Positions 1 through 14,671 of a DNA stretch of 64,000 nt are shown here, one piece after another (within the stretch, counting starts at the first letter, position 1; every line of letters starts with the position of its first letter). The DNA lies in NCBI GenBank assembly GCA_030141605.1, contig JAQGDQ010000506.1, positions 1 through 64,000 of the forward strand, in the 5' to 3' direction. The DNA comes from Tubiluchus corallicola. Lineage: Eukaryota; Animalia; Priapulida. The position numbers and the translations under genes are program-made. The notes beneath the pieces are model-generated. The model was not told the DNA's origin. It saw only the letters and a list, made by a program, of their open reading frames with translations, and did no database searches.

Positions 1-169
1 GAGCTTTCTTATTGTAGTTAGTTAATTTTTATTATTTATTTCTGTTATTATTTTTATTATTATCATTAGACAAAAGCACCGTTACAGTTACACACAAAGT
101 TATTATACATACAACAGCACAAATTGAAAATAAAATTACTACAAATCATATGAGTAATTAATTAGTGAA

Positions 170-3100
170 AAATTAATATGAAATAAGAGCAATAGGTAAA
201 ACCTAAACATTAAACACTCTCAGTCCAAAAAGCTAATAAATTGATTGTTTGATTATTGAAAAAATGTTGATTATTGCTATACTACGTACAGCCAGCACAC
301 CACAAACAGTTAATTAACCTTCCACTACGAAAGGCGGCACACTGTCACCGCCTACATTTTTCTTGAAAGGAATGGAGGGTGACAGACAGCCGCACGAACT
401 CAACACCAAGCTCAGTTTACCTGTTTTATCCCAGGCCTGTTTTACCTGCCGTAGGTTTCACTGCTACGGACATGAAAAAACATCGTAGAAAATTTTAGCA
501 GCCATGTGATTGGGGTTCCTTCGCAACAAGTAACGCTAATTATCCGATCAGCGACTGAAGCCAGGTGCATTTGCACTGTATAGTACGTTCTGTTGCAAAA
601 TTGCTTGTTGATAGTAGGTAAAACGTGCTTAGTTGATTGTTCTGCATTCTTATAAAATAATGGATTAAGGATTAGTAATGCGACTTTTGTAAAAATTGGC
701 TTCTACATATAAGTATGTGCTTATTTGTGTGTGTGTGTGCACGTGCGTGCATGCATGAATGCATATACGTGTGTGGGGATGTGTACATGTGTATACATAA
801 AACTAATATTAGTGTTTAATAACAAATGGCTATTTGTTAATTTACAAGATTCTGTTTTAGTAACACACTGTGCAAAAGTCAATGCGGTCCTGTTAAAAAG
901 CGTAATGAAAGGGTTAAAATGTTGCACTACTTACTAGTACACCACAAACAGTTAGCTTAGATGTGCCAATTCTAGTCAGCACACCACAAACAGTTAATTT
1001 ACATGTTTCACTTCTAGCCAGCACGCCACAAACACTTATATAACCACTCTGTATGGGTATAAATATTTGTGAAGTGCAGTGAATGATGAATAAAAGTAAC
1101 GTTGGAAGACCGAATGTGTCTCTTCAATCTTTCTGCAATTTGACTTCTCCGTAATTCATTTTTGCTCCGCAAACAAACTATGTAAAAATTTCAGCTTAAC
1201 AATCGAACTCTTTTCATGGTGTGTTAATTTCATTTTTAAATTAACTAAATGGTGGCACAAAAAAAGCAGAAATCTGCTTCATCTTTGCATTAGGAACTTA
1301 AAATTATTGAAATCTTGGAGCAATGAAAGAGCAGTAACGCCACCGTAGTTTCGTCACGAGTGATTTCTTACATTTTGCGCGAGCATGTTTAATCTTCTAC
1401 TACAACGTCTGACAACGACTACAATATTAGGGCGCAAACTTTTGAATGGAGTATTCTACGAGGAAGTGGTGCTGACAAGCCTTAGGCACAGCCGCGTCTA
1501 ATTGTTTGCCGGATGACTGCTGTGTTTACCTGTCTTGAAGGTGGTATTCTTTTATTTTAAATTATTCCTACCCAATGTCTACAGTAAAAATAACGGGCAC
1601 ACGATGACAATGTACAGTGGAGGGGGAGATTGATAAATTTCTCGAGCCGTTTTGGCAATCCCAAATCAAGATGTTAGGCCTCCTAAAGTGGTCTTAAAGG
1701 AGCACAATGGCGGTAGCAAGGGGGCTGCTATAGAGTCCTCAGCGGGGTGCAGGAATTCATGGTGATCTCACGAGCCAATTCTGTGACAGAATCAGGTTGC
1801 AGCTGATTACCAGAGCCATGTTTCTTATGCTCATTTCCAATCTGCTCTTGGTGCTGCTTTATTTTTATTTTTATTATTGTTTTTATCATTATTACACAAA
1901 AAACCCCTACAGTTTCACACAACGTTAAGTTACATACAATTGCACAAAGTGAAAACAAAATTAGCACAATTCGTTATCAAGTGAGTAATGAATTAGTGCG
2001 CAACTAATGAAAGTGAATACAGTGCCATCATTTCTTTTTTTTGCGTGCAGTCAGATGTTGTAGTAGAAGATTAGGTGTGCTCATGAAAAATGCATGAAAT
2101 CACTCACGACAAAACTAAGATGGCATTATGCTCAAAACCGTAAGTTTCCAATAATTTTAAGATCCTGACTAAAAGACCCGAAGATGATATTAAAAGTAGA
2201 AAGGAACAAGCAATGCATGCTTTTCTTCAGCACAAGAATGTATTAGCTAGCAAGAAATTAAGACTTCGATTACTTAATGCTTACCTTACCAGCATATTTA
2301 TGTACAACAGTGAAGCTCAGGGTGTAACGATCACTCAAGAAAAGCAGATTGACTCATTTCATAGAAGTCTTCTTCTATGAAAGTTTTAAAGATAAGATAA
2401 TCAAAAACGAAGACTTATCCACCAGAACGAAAGAGATTTCTTGCATTTCCTAAGATTCTTCATACATCTTCTAAGATTATCAACTGAAGCACCAGTAAAA
2501 ATTGCCTTACAGGAAGCCGTAAGGCTTTGCAAGAAACCACCCGGCAAACCAAAAACAACTTGGATAGCTAAGATGAACAAAGATGTTCAACAACTTCAAT
2601 CAAATCTATCTTTAGGAGAGAAACGTACCCTGTTAATAGCAGATAGAAGTAGCTGGAATACTCTAATAAATGTTGATACCTCAGTGTTTACAGCAGGTGG
2701 AATGAGATTTTGAAAAACATGGACGGAAGAAGAAAATGAATCGTTTTTTTGCCTCCATTTTGTTCATTTAAAAACGGAATTAACACACCATGAAAAGAGT
2801 TCAATTGTTATCCTAAAGTTTTCACATAGTTTGTTTGGGGAGCAAAAATTGTAATTTCTAAACTTAATTCTGGGAAGACTGAAGAACCCCATGCCTTAGT
2901 ATAAATGTTACTGTTATTCATTAATGACTGTACTTGACAAGTATTTATACCCATACGATGTGTTAAATAAGTGTTTGTGGCGTGTTGGCTAGGAATGGAA
3001 CATTTGATTTAACTGTTTGTGGCGCGTTGACTAAGAATGTAACATTTAGTTAACTGTTTGTGGCGCGCTGGCTAGGAACGGAACATTTAGTTTAACTGTT

Positions 3101-3420
3101 TGTGGCGCGCTGGCTAGGAACGGAACATTTAGATCAAATGTTTGTGGGGTGCTGGTAAGAAGGACAACGTTTTAACCAACTGTTTGTGCTGGGTTATTTA
3201 TTTATTTATTTATATATTGAACAAAACAAATTACAAGAAACAAAGAAAAACGACTTAAAAAACATTATACGTCGAAACAAAATAACCACACATAGGTGAT
3301 ATTAATGGTGGTATAACAATTTTCAACGATTTTTCAATAATTAAACCATAATCAAGTTATTTACGTTTGGACACAGAGTGTTTAATGTTTAGGTTTGTCT
3401 TACTGCTCTTAATTAAATAC
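170..3420. repeat. Large degenerate inverted repeat (arms ~170-1410 and ~2050-3420)
   Basis: Reverse-complement matches by eye: ~1160-1260 with ~2745-2850, ~1295-1410 with ~2050-2165, ~940-1100 with ~2900-3190, ~170-270 with ~3320-3420. The right arm is interrupted by a LINE fragment. Confidence 0.7.
2170..2713 (+). mobile_element. Degenerate non-LTR retrotransposon (RTE-like) fragment, C-terminal part of ORF2
   Basis: Translates to LRLLNAYLTSIFMYNSEA..IDSFHR and LRFFIHLLRL..EAPVKIAL..KKPPGKPKTTW, typical of the RTE-clade post-RT region; contains frameshifts and stops. Confidence 0.75.
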
Positions 3421-3714
3421 TTAAATGTTAACCAATTTTTAAACATGATAAGAGCCGATATTTTAATCATACTAGAATTTAACATATAAATTATTATGCC
3501 TTGTTCACCATGAAGAAAATGGTAAAATATGTTTTAGTGCTTGACTTGAAAATTGATACTAATTTTTATAGTTGAAATACAGCATAATATCCCTCTTCCT
3601 TATTTAGAAAAGAAGCGGGGAGAGTATGACAGTTAGAACTGCATAGAAGCAATTTATGTTGGTCAGCCATCTAGTTACTGAGAAAATTCAATGTTGTTCA
3701 ACTTGAGCCATTAT

Positions 3715-3757
3715 GCACACACACGCACACACACACACTCATGCATGCACGCACACA

Positions 3758-3830
<73 letters not shown>

Positions 3831-3843
3831 GCACGCACGCACT
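3715..3843. repeat. (CA)n microsatellite
   Basis: Seen directly. Confidence 0.95.
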
Positions 3844-5193
3844 CAGTGAGCAATCAAGAGAGTAAATCTGCCTTCAAAAATAAATGCATTGATGAAATCT
3901 AAGCCAAACTATTTGCCTTTGTCAGACATTGTGTAATTTCTATTAAACAGTGAACCTGTACTGACAACACAAATATTGCTTACATAATACAAACCTCAGT
4001 ATGTCTTTGAAATATTTCATCTGCGTAATTCGTTATGCTAATGGTCGCCGTGGTTGCTATGGAAACTGCAGTGTTATTATTTCAGTTTCTGCAAGTTTCT
4101 TGTGTCTAAATGCAAGTATGTTGTCTTGTAAAGTAAGTTTTTCTTGTAAAGTTGAGCTCGCTCACCATTAAACATGTTTTTAACCTATTATTTAAGTGTC
4201 AGAATTATTTTGGTATTATTATAGGTGTTGAAATGTATACTTTTTACCGTACTTCAAAATGGTTGCTATGATGTGATAAATCATTCAGTTTTTCTTTAAA
4301 AATATTTGCTAAAACGTTTTTGGAAACGTTTAACTCTTTTAAAATTTTTCGACACCGTAAAGGTTTTTAATCAGTTTTGTAAAAACCCTACAGGTACTTG
4401 AAAATTAGATTTGAAACCAAAACCGGACCTAATCTTAAACTGTAGGTTAAGACAGTCTACTCTTTAATATATTGCACCATGCAGCATGCCTGTGGAAGCA
4501 TTTTTGCTGTTGAAAATTATGTTAGTTTGTGATGTCATCAATAGTTGGGCTCGCCCGCCATTAATTAAGATTGAATCTCAGAAATGCTTTTCAGGTATTA
4601 CTAGTGCTAAAATGGGTAGTTTTTACCCTACTTCAAAATAGGATAGCATGTTATTATTATATATGATAGTTGTTTTGAAGTAATCACAAACAGTTTTTTT
4701 TAAAATTCAATATTACAGAAAAAGTAAAAAGACGTGGCAATTTCTTCGCTGCCAATGAGTAGACTGAAAAACGTGCTCAATTCTGATTGGCTGACCTACT
4801 AAATGCATATAACGAAGCCAAGTTATACAGGCAGTTCTAAATAAGTACAACTTTAGATTAAAGGGCAAGCAGAGAGAAATCTTCCGAATAATAGTAACAT
4901 ATATAATCTATGATTTATACATCGGATACGGTGTTACAGCGTTAATTATGTTGAAGCGTTTACTTTTTATACGATTTGGGGTAGTACATGAAAAACCGTC
5001 TTTTAAGATAATCAGTTTTGTAAAAACGTTAGAGGTACTTGAAATTTTGGATTGTTTCATTAGTTATTTTATTGATTTTTTTGTTTGACTACTTTTGGTT
5101 TTTTTATCTATAACAAACTCTTAATTGAATAAACTTTGCAGAACTTCTAGTGTAAACCTAAGTATGTCATTATTCGCAATTCGTTGTATTTAG

Positions 5194-5499
5194 CTTGGAA
5201 AACGGCTCGTCATGAATACAGAGGGTGTTGGAATTTCCCATCTACCGTAACTTTTGCAAAGTCGATTCCGGATGTGAAATCAGCTTACGAATGCATCTTT
5301 CGATGCCGAGGATTCAGCAAGACGACTCATCCTCCCGGCGCTTTTGCGGTGATGAGAAAAAGTAGTGAAAGCTACGTCTGCCACTGTGATGATTCCACGG
5401 GCACTGGGAAAGGTACAGCTGGTTTGCAATGTGAAACGTGTCCAGGTGATGATGATGGTTACTGTGGTGTAGATGCGTATGCTGTGTACGACACGGGAG
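5194..5499 (+). CDS. WSC gene exon A1
   Basis: WKTARHEYRGCW...CHCDD...CPGDDDGYCG..AVYDTG; ttag|CT and G|gtaac. Confidence 0.85.
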
Positions 5500-6450
5500 G
5501 TAACGCTTTTATGCTAGTAATGTCATTGTATGTGTGCTTGCATTGTCCATAAATCAGCAATTATTCTTTTCTAGTTATTCACACGTCCTGAATCTCCATT
5601 TCACGAGGATCATTTTGATACCAAGCTCATCGCTCTCTGTTATTTCTAAGCTGAGATAATCCATGTTGAAGTTGAGGTGCAGGCTATGCACAAAAAAATA
5701 TAATCTTGAGAAAATTGTTAAAGTTAGCCACTGCTTTTTGTCTCGTTTCTACAAAGCACTTAGCAACTGTACAAATGTTGGTTGTTCCGGGCTTTGCAAA
5801 AACACAAGTTATGTTTAAATCCAATAGATGACTCTTCCTGATAAAGATCTGGCCTTGGCAGCAGAAAAAGCAAAATGACTGCTTCCATGAGCTATTATTA
5901 GAATTTGAAAATAAGTTTTTTAGAATTGCATCACTAGTTTCTAGACAGAAAAATGAGTAAGGGGTTATAAAATTAGATTTTTAGTATTTATTGAACATTT
6001 TCTTGATAATTTGATGCTAGAAGATAAAACTGCAGTATAATCATCATTTGTTTTTACAAAAACAAAACAAAAAATTGGTTGTTGGTCCAATTTTTGATGC
6101 ATTCTACTTTTGAAGAGTCATAACTCTACATTTTTATTGAGCGACGATCGTTTCGGCTATTGAAGCCATTATCAAACTATAAATGAAGCCAAAAATAAGA
6201 ATAAATAATACATTAGTGATACAAAGACACAAACTGAAACTACAAAAAAACAGATTAGAATTTATTTTATCAAAATAAAGTAGGTTGTAATGGAAGAAAT
6301 TGCAAAGTAATGTGCAAAATTTGACTATGTTCCTCGTGGTCTGTAGTGGTCCTGATGGATTTAGTTGCTTATTGTAGTTCCCACTTGTTGTAAATTGTGC
6401 AAAATGTAGAAGTTGTGTTGCACTCTTCTCATAATAATAATAATAATAAT

Positions 6451-6517
<67 letters not shown>

Positions 6518-6565
6518 GCAACAGCAGCAGCAGCAGCAACCAACAACAACAACGACAACAAAAGC

Positions 6566-6638
<73 letters not shown>

Positions 6639-9600
6639 GCAGCAACCAACAACGACAACAAAAGCAACAACAACAACAACAACAGCAACAACAACAACGA
6701 CAACAACAGCAACAACAACCAACGACGACGACGACAACAACGATAATAATTACTGTGAACAAAATAATAATGCCGACCATCGTTTCGGCTACTGAAGTCA
6801 TTATCAAACTCTAAATGAAGCCAAAGAATAAATGTTACATTAATGACACAAAGGCACAAACTGAAACTACAAAACAACTGACTAGAATTTAACTTATCAA
6901 AGTAAACCAGGTTGTAGTACAAGAAATTGTAGAGAAATGTACAAAATGTTCGCCTAACACAAAAGAACCAAAAGAGAACACAACATTGTAAACAATTAAT
7001 CCAGGGCTACGTAATGAAGAACCACAGCCATAAGCATTATAAGAATAAAACACAACTTCTACATTTTGCACAATTTACAACAAGTGGCAACTACAATAAG
7101 GGAAACCAACAGCATGTCAATGTGAAAGAGACAACAAACTAAATCCACCAGGACCACTACAGACCCCAAGGAATATGATGAAACAAATTTCAAAAACACA
7201 GAAACAGATAGAATGCGACAAGGTGCCACCAGTGGTTAGGGGTGAGCATCGAACGTTCGAGTTCAAACATTCGAATCGAATTCGAACGCTTGAATTCGAT
7301 TCGAACGAGTTTTTTTAGTTCGAACTCGATCCGAATCCAAAACTATAGATTCGAATAATTCAGCACTTCAATCACATATGTTCCTGATCATTAAAACGAT
7401 TGAAACATCATGCAATTAGCATAATTTAGCTGTGATTTCTGCGCACAACTTTAAACAAATTACTAGCCGTTTTATTGCAGAACAAAATCGAGTGATATGC
7501 ATAATCTTTGTAAGACTAATTTTTACTGGTGGTTCGAAAGTCATTCTATCTCAATTCGAATTCGGTTCGAATTCGAAACACTGAAGTTCGGTTCGATTCG
7601 AATTCGAAAGTTACAAATTCGATTCGATTCGAATTCGCTTTCTGGTAGAGAATACTCACCCCTACCAGTGGTAGTTGCGCATTAAGAGTTAGACGGTCCT
7701 TTTTATCATTATTGTGTGACTTGATTTATACTTTGATAATGGTTTCAGTAGTTTGAAACGATCGTCGCTCAGTAAACATGTTGATTGCTGGAAGCTGGCT
7801 CTTTTATACATCAGAACTCTGTTTTAACTATGCTGACTTATGGATGGTTTTGGTTTGCAAGCACACGTGTAGTATTTGTTTGCTATTACAATTTAACATA
7901 CGTTTTAACAATCTTACATATTTAAATATGTGGTATTCTGATTTCTGATTTCTGAATACGTGTTTTCTGATTTTAGCGCCTCACGAATACCAAGGATGTT
8001 TTGCATACTTTAAACCGGAGATATACTTCCCAGTTACGGCTTCATTAGACCAACAGTCGACTACCTTAGATAATGATTGTCTAACAATATGCAGAGATAA
8101 AGGTTATCTATTTGGTAGTATCCATGTCTCGCCATTGACTCAGACGTATGAGTGTGTTTGTGGAAATGGTTTTCCGTTCGACAGGTTTGTCTCGAATTGT
8201 ACGCGCTGCACAAACACGACAATTGGAACTTGCCCTAGAGAAAAGACAGTGTCTGTGTATGCTACTGAAAGTAAGTATGACCTCACTGGTCAGTTTCGGA
8301 TGTGGCGCACTGTTCAGTGCTTTGATATTAAACGTTGGCATTGCAGCGATACACTCGTGTCTCGGTTTGCCGGACCTTTGCTTGGTTCATGCATATCAGA
8401 AGAATCGGAGATAATCTGATCTGTTAAAAAAAGTCTCGCTACTACGGCCGCAGCCCGCTGTTTCGCTAGCTGGCCGCTAGTTGGCGAGCCGTCACTTTGT
8501 TTACATACATCATTAAATCTGTGTAACTACTTGTTTATCTCTGTGTATAAAAATATAGAGTCAATTATGCGGGAGTTATTTGAGTCAGTTACCGACAGTT
8601 TTTATATACTTTTTGCATAGGAGCGGCCTGTGCTAGACATTATTGAGACAATTAGGTGATCGATTCTATATTACCATACTACAGTGCCTCCTGTATTAGC
8701 TTAGTATCAGTAAATGCAGACAATTGGCAAATTCAGGCCGATGTCTCCCCACTTTTGTCCGGCAAACCGAGATATGAGTGCATACATCAGTAATAATTTG
8801 CTTTTGCTTTGCGTGTATGAAAAATCAACTGACTTACGACCTATACAACTTACAACAGTTTTTGACTTTACGATACAACAACAACTTAGCTCATTGTAAA
8901 AAACGAATAATAACTTCCTCCGTTTTAAAGCAAAATAGTTTTAAGACACAATTTGTTTCGATAAAATTATCAGTAGGCGACGCCATATTTAGTGCACAGT
9001 GCAAATAATTTATGCAAAACAATGAAAGTTCTGGAAAGTTCTACAGATTTCTAGTTCTACTAAGTTCTAGAAAGTTCTACAGATTTCTAGTTCTACTAAG
9101 TTCTAGAAAGTTCTAGTTACAGAAAATTCTAGAAGTCTCCAGATACTCATAGTATCAATGCTCCCATATAGTCACATATGGAATTTTATAAATTTTGTGT
9201 TGGGGTGACTTTTTTCAAATACCGAATGGAATTAAACTCATTTTCATTATTTTTAAGCAAAAGTTCATCGATTGATAATACAGGAAATCATTTATATTAT
9301 AAAAAGTTACAAAGACATAACTCTAGTGCACACGCACGCACACACACTCACACAGTTTTGCACGTAGGGTGCACCACTTGACCATATGTGTTCGAGTTGT
9401 TTCGTACCCAAAATGCCGGAACCGATTGTAGTCGTAAGTCGGCGACTACCTGTGATGATCCATAGCAATGCAGCATTACCTTATAAAAAATCTATTCCTT
9501 GTTTTGTGCACATGCACGTCTTTTCATGGTCTTTTCCGTATGTGTATTAATAACGCCCGTTTATTGTTTCTGCGATTGATAATCATCGCAAAAAGATGAA

Positions 9601-12600
9601 AAGACACATTTGTGTTCGCTTGACAACACCTTGACAATGCCTCACAGCCCCTGCTATTGTAACAGTAACAGTTTCAACAGCTAGCTAGAACTTTACCTAG
9701 TTCATTTTTTCTTGTTCCCAAGCAAGATCCTGCTAGTAAATCACTCTGTGCACAGACTAATGCATAGTTAAGTAAAGTCCATGTAAAACAACTGAAGTTA
9801 CTGGCCGACGGCTTTGCTTTACCCATGCCACATTACAATTGTTATCTATTATTTATCCACTTGCATCAGTACCAATGTTGCACCATGAACTCTGTGATGA
9901 GATATTACGCTTATTGTTTAACAGAATAAGCCTTTTCACAGTTCCAGTGATTGACGATGATCGTGAAAAGATGAAAGATTAACTGTACCAGACAGCGCGT
10001 TTGTATATAACGCGTCGCAGCCCATGCTGTTGAGATACTAAAAGTTTTAACAGCTAGCAAGAACCTTACCTAGTTCATTTTTCGTTAGCAACATCCTGCT
10101 TGTAAATCAATCTACGCACAGACTAATGCATAGTTAAGTAAAGTCCATGTAAAACAACTGAAGTTACTGAACTGATGTGGCAGACGGTTTTGCTTTATAT
10201 TGTTGTCAAGCAAGATCCTGCTAGTAAATCACTCTACACACAGACTAATGCATAATTAAGTGAAGACCAAGCAAAATAACTGAAGCTACTGAACTGATGC
10301 CGGCAGACGGCTTTGTTTTACACACACTTCAAGTGCGGTTGTTGTTAAGACACTGCTGTGGTACACATGACCTTTGACCTACAGCAACTGCGCATGCACA
10401 CAGTGAAACTACAAAAAACCTTGTTAACAATCATTTTGCTGTTTTCCAATCTTCTCATTCTAGATTTTGCGATGGACTCCGACATCTTGGGCTGTTGGGC
10501 TGACAAATTTCCTAATGCATCAAATCCTGAAGATGCTGGAGAAAGAGACATGTCGTACTTGAATGACACAATCACAGATTTGACACCAGATAAATGCAGG
10601 GCACATTGCCTGGAACTTAATTATGCTTATGCTGGCCTACAAGCTGGGACAGAGTGCTGGTGTGGAAACACATACGGACAATACGGACCGGCCAGAAACC
10701 CCTGCAACTATAAATGTGGTGGAAGTGGGGATGAACAATGCAACTTGTATGATGCATCTTGCGATTCTTGTGGTGGAGACTTGGCTCTGCAAGTTTATCC
10801 TACAAATGGTAAGAATTAGTTTACTTCACTGCCGGTAATGAGTTTGACAAACAAAATGTCTAAAAAAATGGGTTACTGGTATATTTTTATGATATACATT
10901 CGCATACATTCATATACACACATTCACATATTAAGCTTTGCTTCTTCACATTTTTTAAATGAGTTGCGTTGCGTTCAGTTGTGTGGGTATCGTATGGCAC
11001 AAGTAGAACATGAGTAGGAAAGGAGTTGCGTTGCATTCAGTTGTGTGGATATCGTATGGCACAAGTAGAGCATGAGTAGAAAATGAGTTGTGTTCCATTC
11101 AGTTGTGTGGATATCGTATGGCACAAGTAGAGCATGAGTAGGACATGAGTTGAGTTGCATTCAGTTGAGTGGATATCGTATGGCACAAGTAGAGCATGAG
11201 TAGGAAATGAGTTGTGATGCATTCAGTTGTGTGGATATCGTATGGCACAAGTAGAGCATGAGTAGGAAATGAGTTGCGATGCATTCAGTTGTGTGGATAT
11301 CGCATGGCACAAGTAGAGCATGAGTAGGAAATGAGTTGAGTTGCATTCAGTTGAGTGGATATCGTATGGCACAAGTAGAGCATGAGTAGGAAATGAGTTG
11401 AGTTGCATTCAGTTGAGTGGATATCGTATGGCACAAGTAGAGCATGAGTAGGAAATGAGTTGAGTTGCATTCAGTTGAGTGGATATCGTATGGCACAAGT
11501 AGAGCATGAGTAGAACATGAGTTGTGTTGCGTTCAGTTGGGTGGATATCGTATGCCACAAGTAGAGCATGAGTAGGAAATGAGTTGCATTGCATTCAGTT
11601 GTGTGGATATCGTATGGCACAAGTAGAGCATGAATAGAACATGAGTTGTGTTGCATTCAGTTGTGTGGATATCGTATGGCACAAGTAGAACATGAGTAGG
11701 AAATGAGTTGAGTTGCATTCAGTTATGTGGATATCGTATGGCACAAGTAAAGCATGAGTAGGAAATGAGTTGAGTTGCATTCAGTTGGGTGGATATCGTA
11801 TGGCACAAGTAGAGCATGAGAATGAAATGAGTTGCGTTGCATTCAGTTGTGTGGATATCGTATGGCACAAGTAGAGCATGAGTAGGAAATGAGTTGAGTT
11901 GCATTCAGTTGAGTGGATATCATATGGCACAAGTAGAGCATGAGTACACGGTAGTGAGTTATTTTCTAGACACTCAACATAAGTGATGGCATAAGTATAT
12001 CAAAATGGCAGTGTAGCCATTACTATCACTTGCTTTGTATTGGACTGTGTCTTCTGTGAATGACAAAATAATAAGTGACAGTTTAAATTTTGTATCCGTC
12101 ATTTAATCTCAAACTTAATTTTTGAACTTTTGTTTGTTTAAGTGCTGGTTCCGGGAGGGGAACTTCTAACCGGTTGCCTCAAGGTGGCTCAGGAATTCCC
12201 GAATTCTATTGTAATAAGACGAACGTCTATGACAGCTACAATGTGCATCCATTTTTGCTATGAATTGGGTATGACGTGTTTATTAACTAAATAATACTGT
12301 AACTCGTAGCTTTAGAAGCAACCAAAGCAGTTCAAAAAGTGTGACTTTTTTGGCAGATTTTAGAGCTTCGACCTTTACGGTCGTTTAGAAAATGATACTA
12401 ATTGTTCACACTGTCGGTACGCGTTGTGAACGCATTGCTACACATCCGTAATTGTTCTTATTTGCAGTAGCCTTGGAAATTTTATCATACCACAACACTT
12501 TCATTTACTAGTTGCTGGTTGCTATAGTAACAGGTTGCAAGTAGAATTCCAGCGCACAAAGTTTGTTCACAGGTCTCACTTGATAGAAACAGCAGCTAGT

Positions 12601-14572
12601 ATAGTAGTCAGTCGGGAAGCAAAAACATGTATAATAATTGCTCAGTTTGTGTTATTAATGCACTTTTAAACCAGGATAATGCAATATATGTCAGTCTAAT
12701 GCTTCAAAATAAGCAAATATGTTGTTTAAGTTGTTGATAAAATGAAAATTGGTTTTCAGCAAAGTAAAAAAAACATCATTAAAATGAACCATTGCGTCGT
12801 TAAGTGAAAAAGAGGTGTCACATGTGCAGTGTCGGTAATATGAAACGTCGCTAAATGGGGAGTCATTAAACGAGGAACTGCTGTAATTTAAAACAGCCTT
12901 TTCTTTCCCTTTAAGCAGGAAGCAAAAAGCTAATCTGAAAATATCTAATGCTGCTGAGTTGAGCTTAATGGTCTATTTTTTGCCTTTAGTTCGTGCTCTT
13001 AATTTTTTTACCTTTCAGGTGAAGATATTGCTGTATTAAGCAACCACGATGAATGCACATGTACAGGATGCGTATCACCTCAGACAGTGCATGAGCAAAT
13101 GTACTGCGCTACTTGTGCCGGAGCTTTTACCGGCCGTAGTAATTATTTGGACCTGTGCGGGTCAAACGTAACAGGCTATAGTAGCGTTCAGAGAGTTTAT
13201 TCTGGTGAGCAATATTGATTTTTAATTTTGACGCAAAATGCTTCGTGTCAGAGGCATAGCATAGTAAAGTGTGGACGACAGGGTGCAATCGTCCCTGGGT
13301 GAGAGGGTGCAATTGTCCCCGGGTGAGAGGGTGCAAAATTCTTCAAGAGTTTGATGACTGTTGATTATCGTATATATTAATTTTGTTGGTATGTTACATA
13401 TCTATATATATATATATATATAGCATTCGAGGCTACAGCTCCGACAGCGGCACCATTTGCAGCAATCTATATGTCAAACGAAAGCCCTCGATCTAGTGTC
13501 GTGCCATTGGGGGTTTATTTTTCTAATCAGGCCCACTGGGAGGAACTGGGGGCGAAAAACCTCCAAAAATGGCCATTTTCGGCCGTTTTTTTGCAAAAAT
13601 TATACCTCTTATTTCTGAAGAACGGGAACAGGTCGAAGATGGTGCTAGTGGGTGTAGTAGGAATATTTAGAATTTGCAGGAGGGCCACGGCTTCCCGTAA
13701 CGGACGCTTTCCTGGACCCAATTGCCGATTTTTTCGAAATTTTGGTCAAACAGCCTGTAGAAAAAACGTTCTAGCGGCGCCTGGTGGGACTCTCGGAAGA
13801 AGATATATAGCTGTTTAGAAAGAGGAGGAACGGGGCTACTCGATGATGAGGTCTGTATTTTAGGACGTCTCCACCCTTTGAAGCTGTGATGAGTTAATTA
13901 GAGGTTCCATTTTTGGCAATTTTCGCTTGGAAAACAGCTGACACAAAGCCATTGTTGTGACGTCATCCATTATACTCTGCCTATAACCTTATAACTTTAA
14001 TTCAGTAAAAACTGCTGCTGCTGACTTTGCTTTTTCCCCGTTTTCGTTACGCTTTACAATAATTTGTTATGTTTAGTGTGGAAAAGAGCTCGCCATGACT
14101 ACAGGGGATGCTGGATGCTTCCCGTCGACGTCACGTTTGCAAAGTCGTTTACCAATGTGAATTTAACCGCTTACGAGTGCATCGCTCAGTGCCGGGCATT
14201 TAGCAAAACGTCGCAATCTCTCGGCAGTTTTGCACTGATGGAAAAAAGTACTTTCAACTACACCGAAAGTTACATCTGTCACTGCGACGATACCGTGGGG
14301 ACGGCAAGAGCCGTTACGGCTGCGGATTGTGGCTTCCTTCCATCGTCTATCATAGGCGCTCAATCTGAGCCGTGTTCCAAATGTCCGGGCGGAAATGATG
14401 GTTTCTGTGGTGGAGATGCATATGCTTATGCAGTATATGATACGGGAGGTTAGAGATTTGCTTCATTACTTATGGCGTAGTATTTGTCTTGCATCATTTT
14501 TGTAACCTAACATTTATTATGCTAACATCAAGAAGGTGTCTTAGCATGTCTTTTGCAGAAATTTTACTTAAT

Positions 14573-14671
<99 letters not shown>

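Noticed and set aside
6134-6922. Long homopolymeric ORFs (also 21423-21818, 36153-36626, 42395-42752, 48400-49034)
   Set aside because: Translations of microsatellites
10975-11904. Series of 61-aa minus-strand ORFs
   Set aside because: Artefact of the 62-bp repeat period
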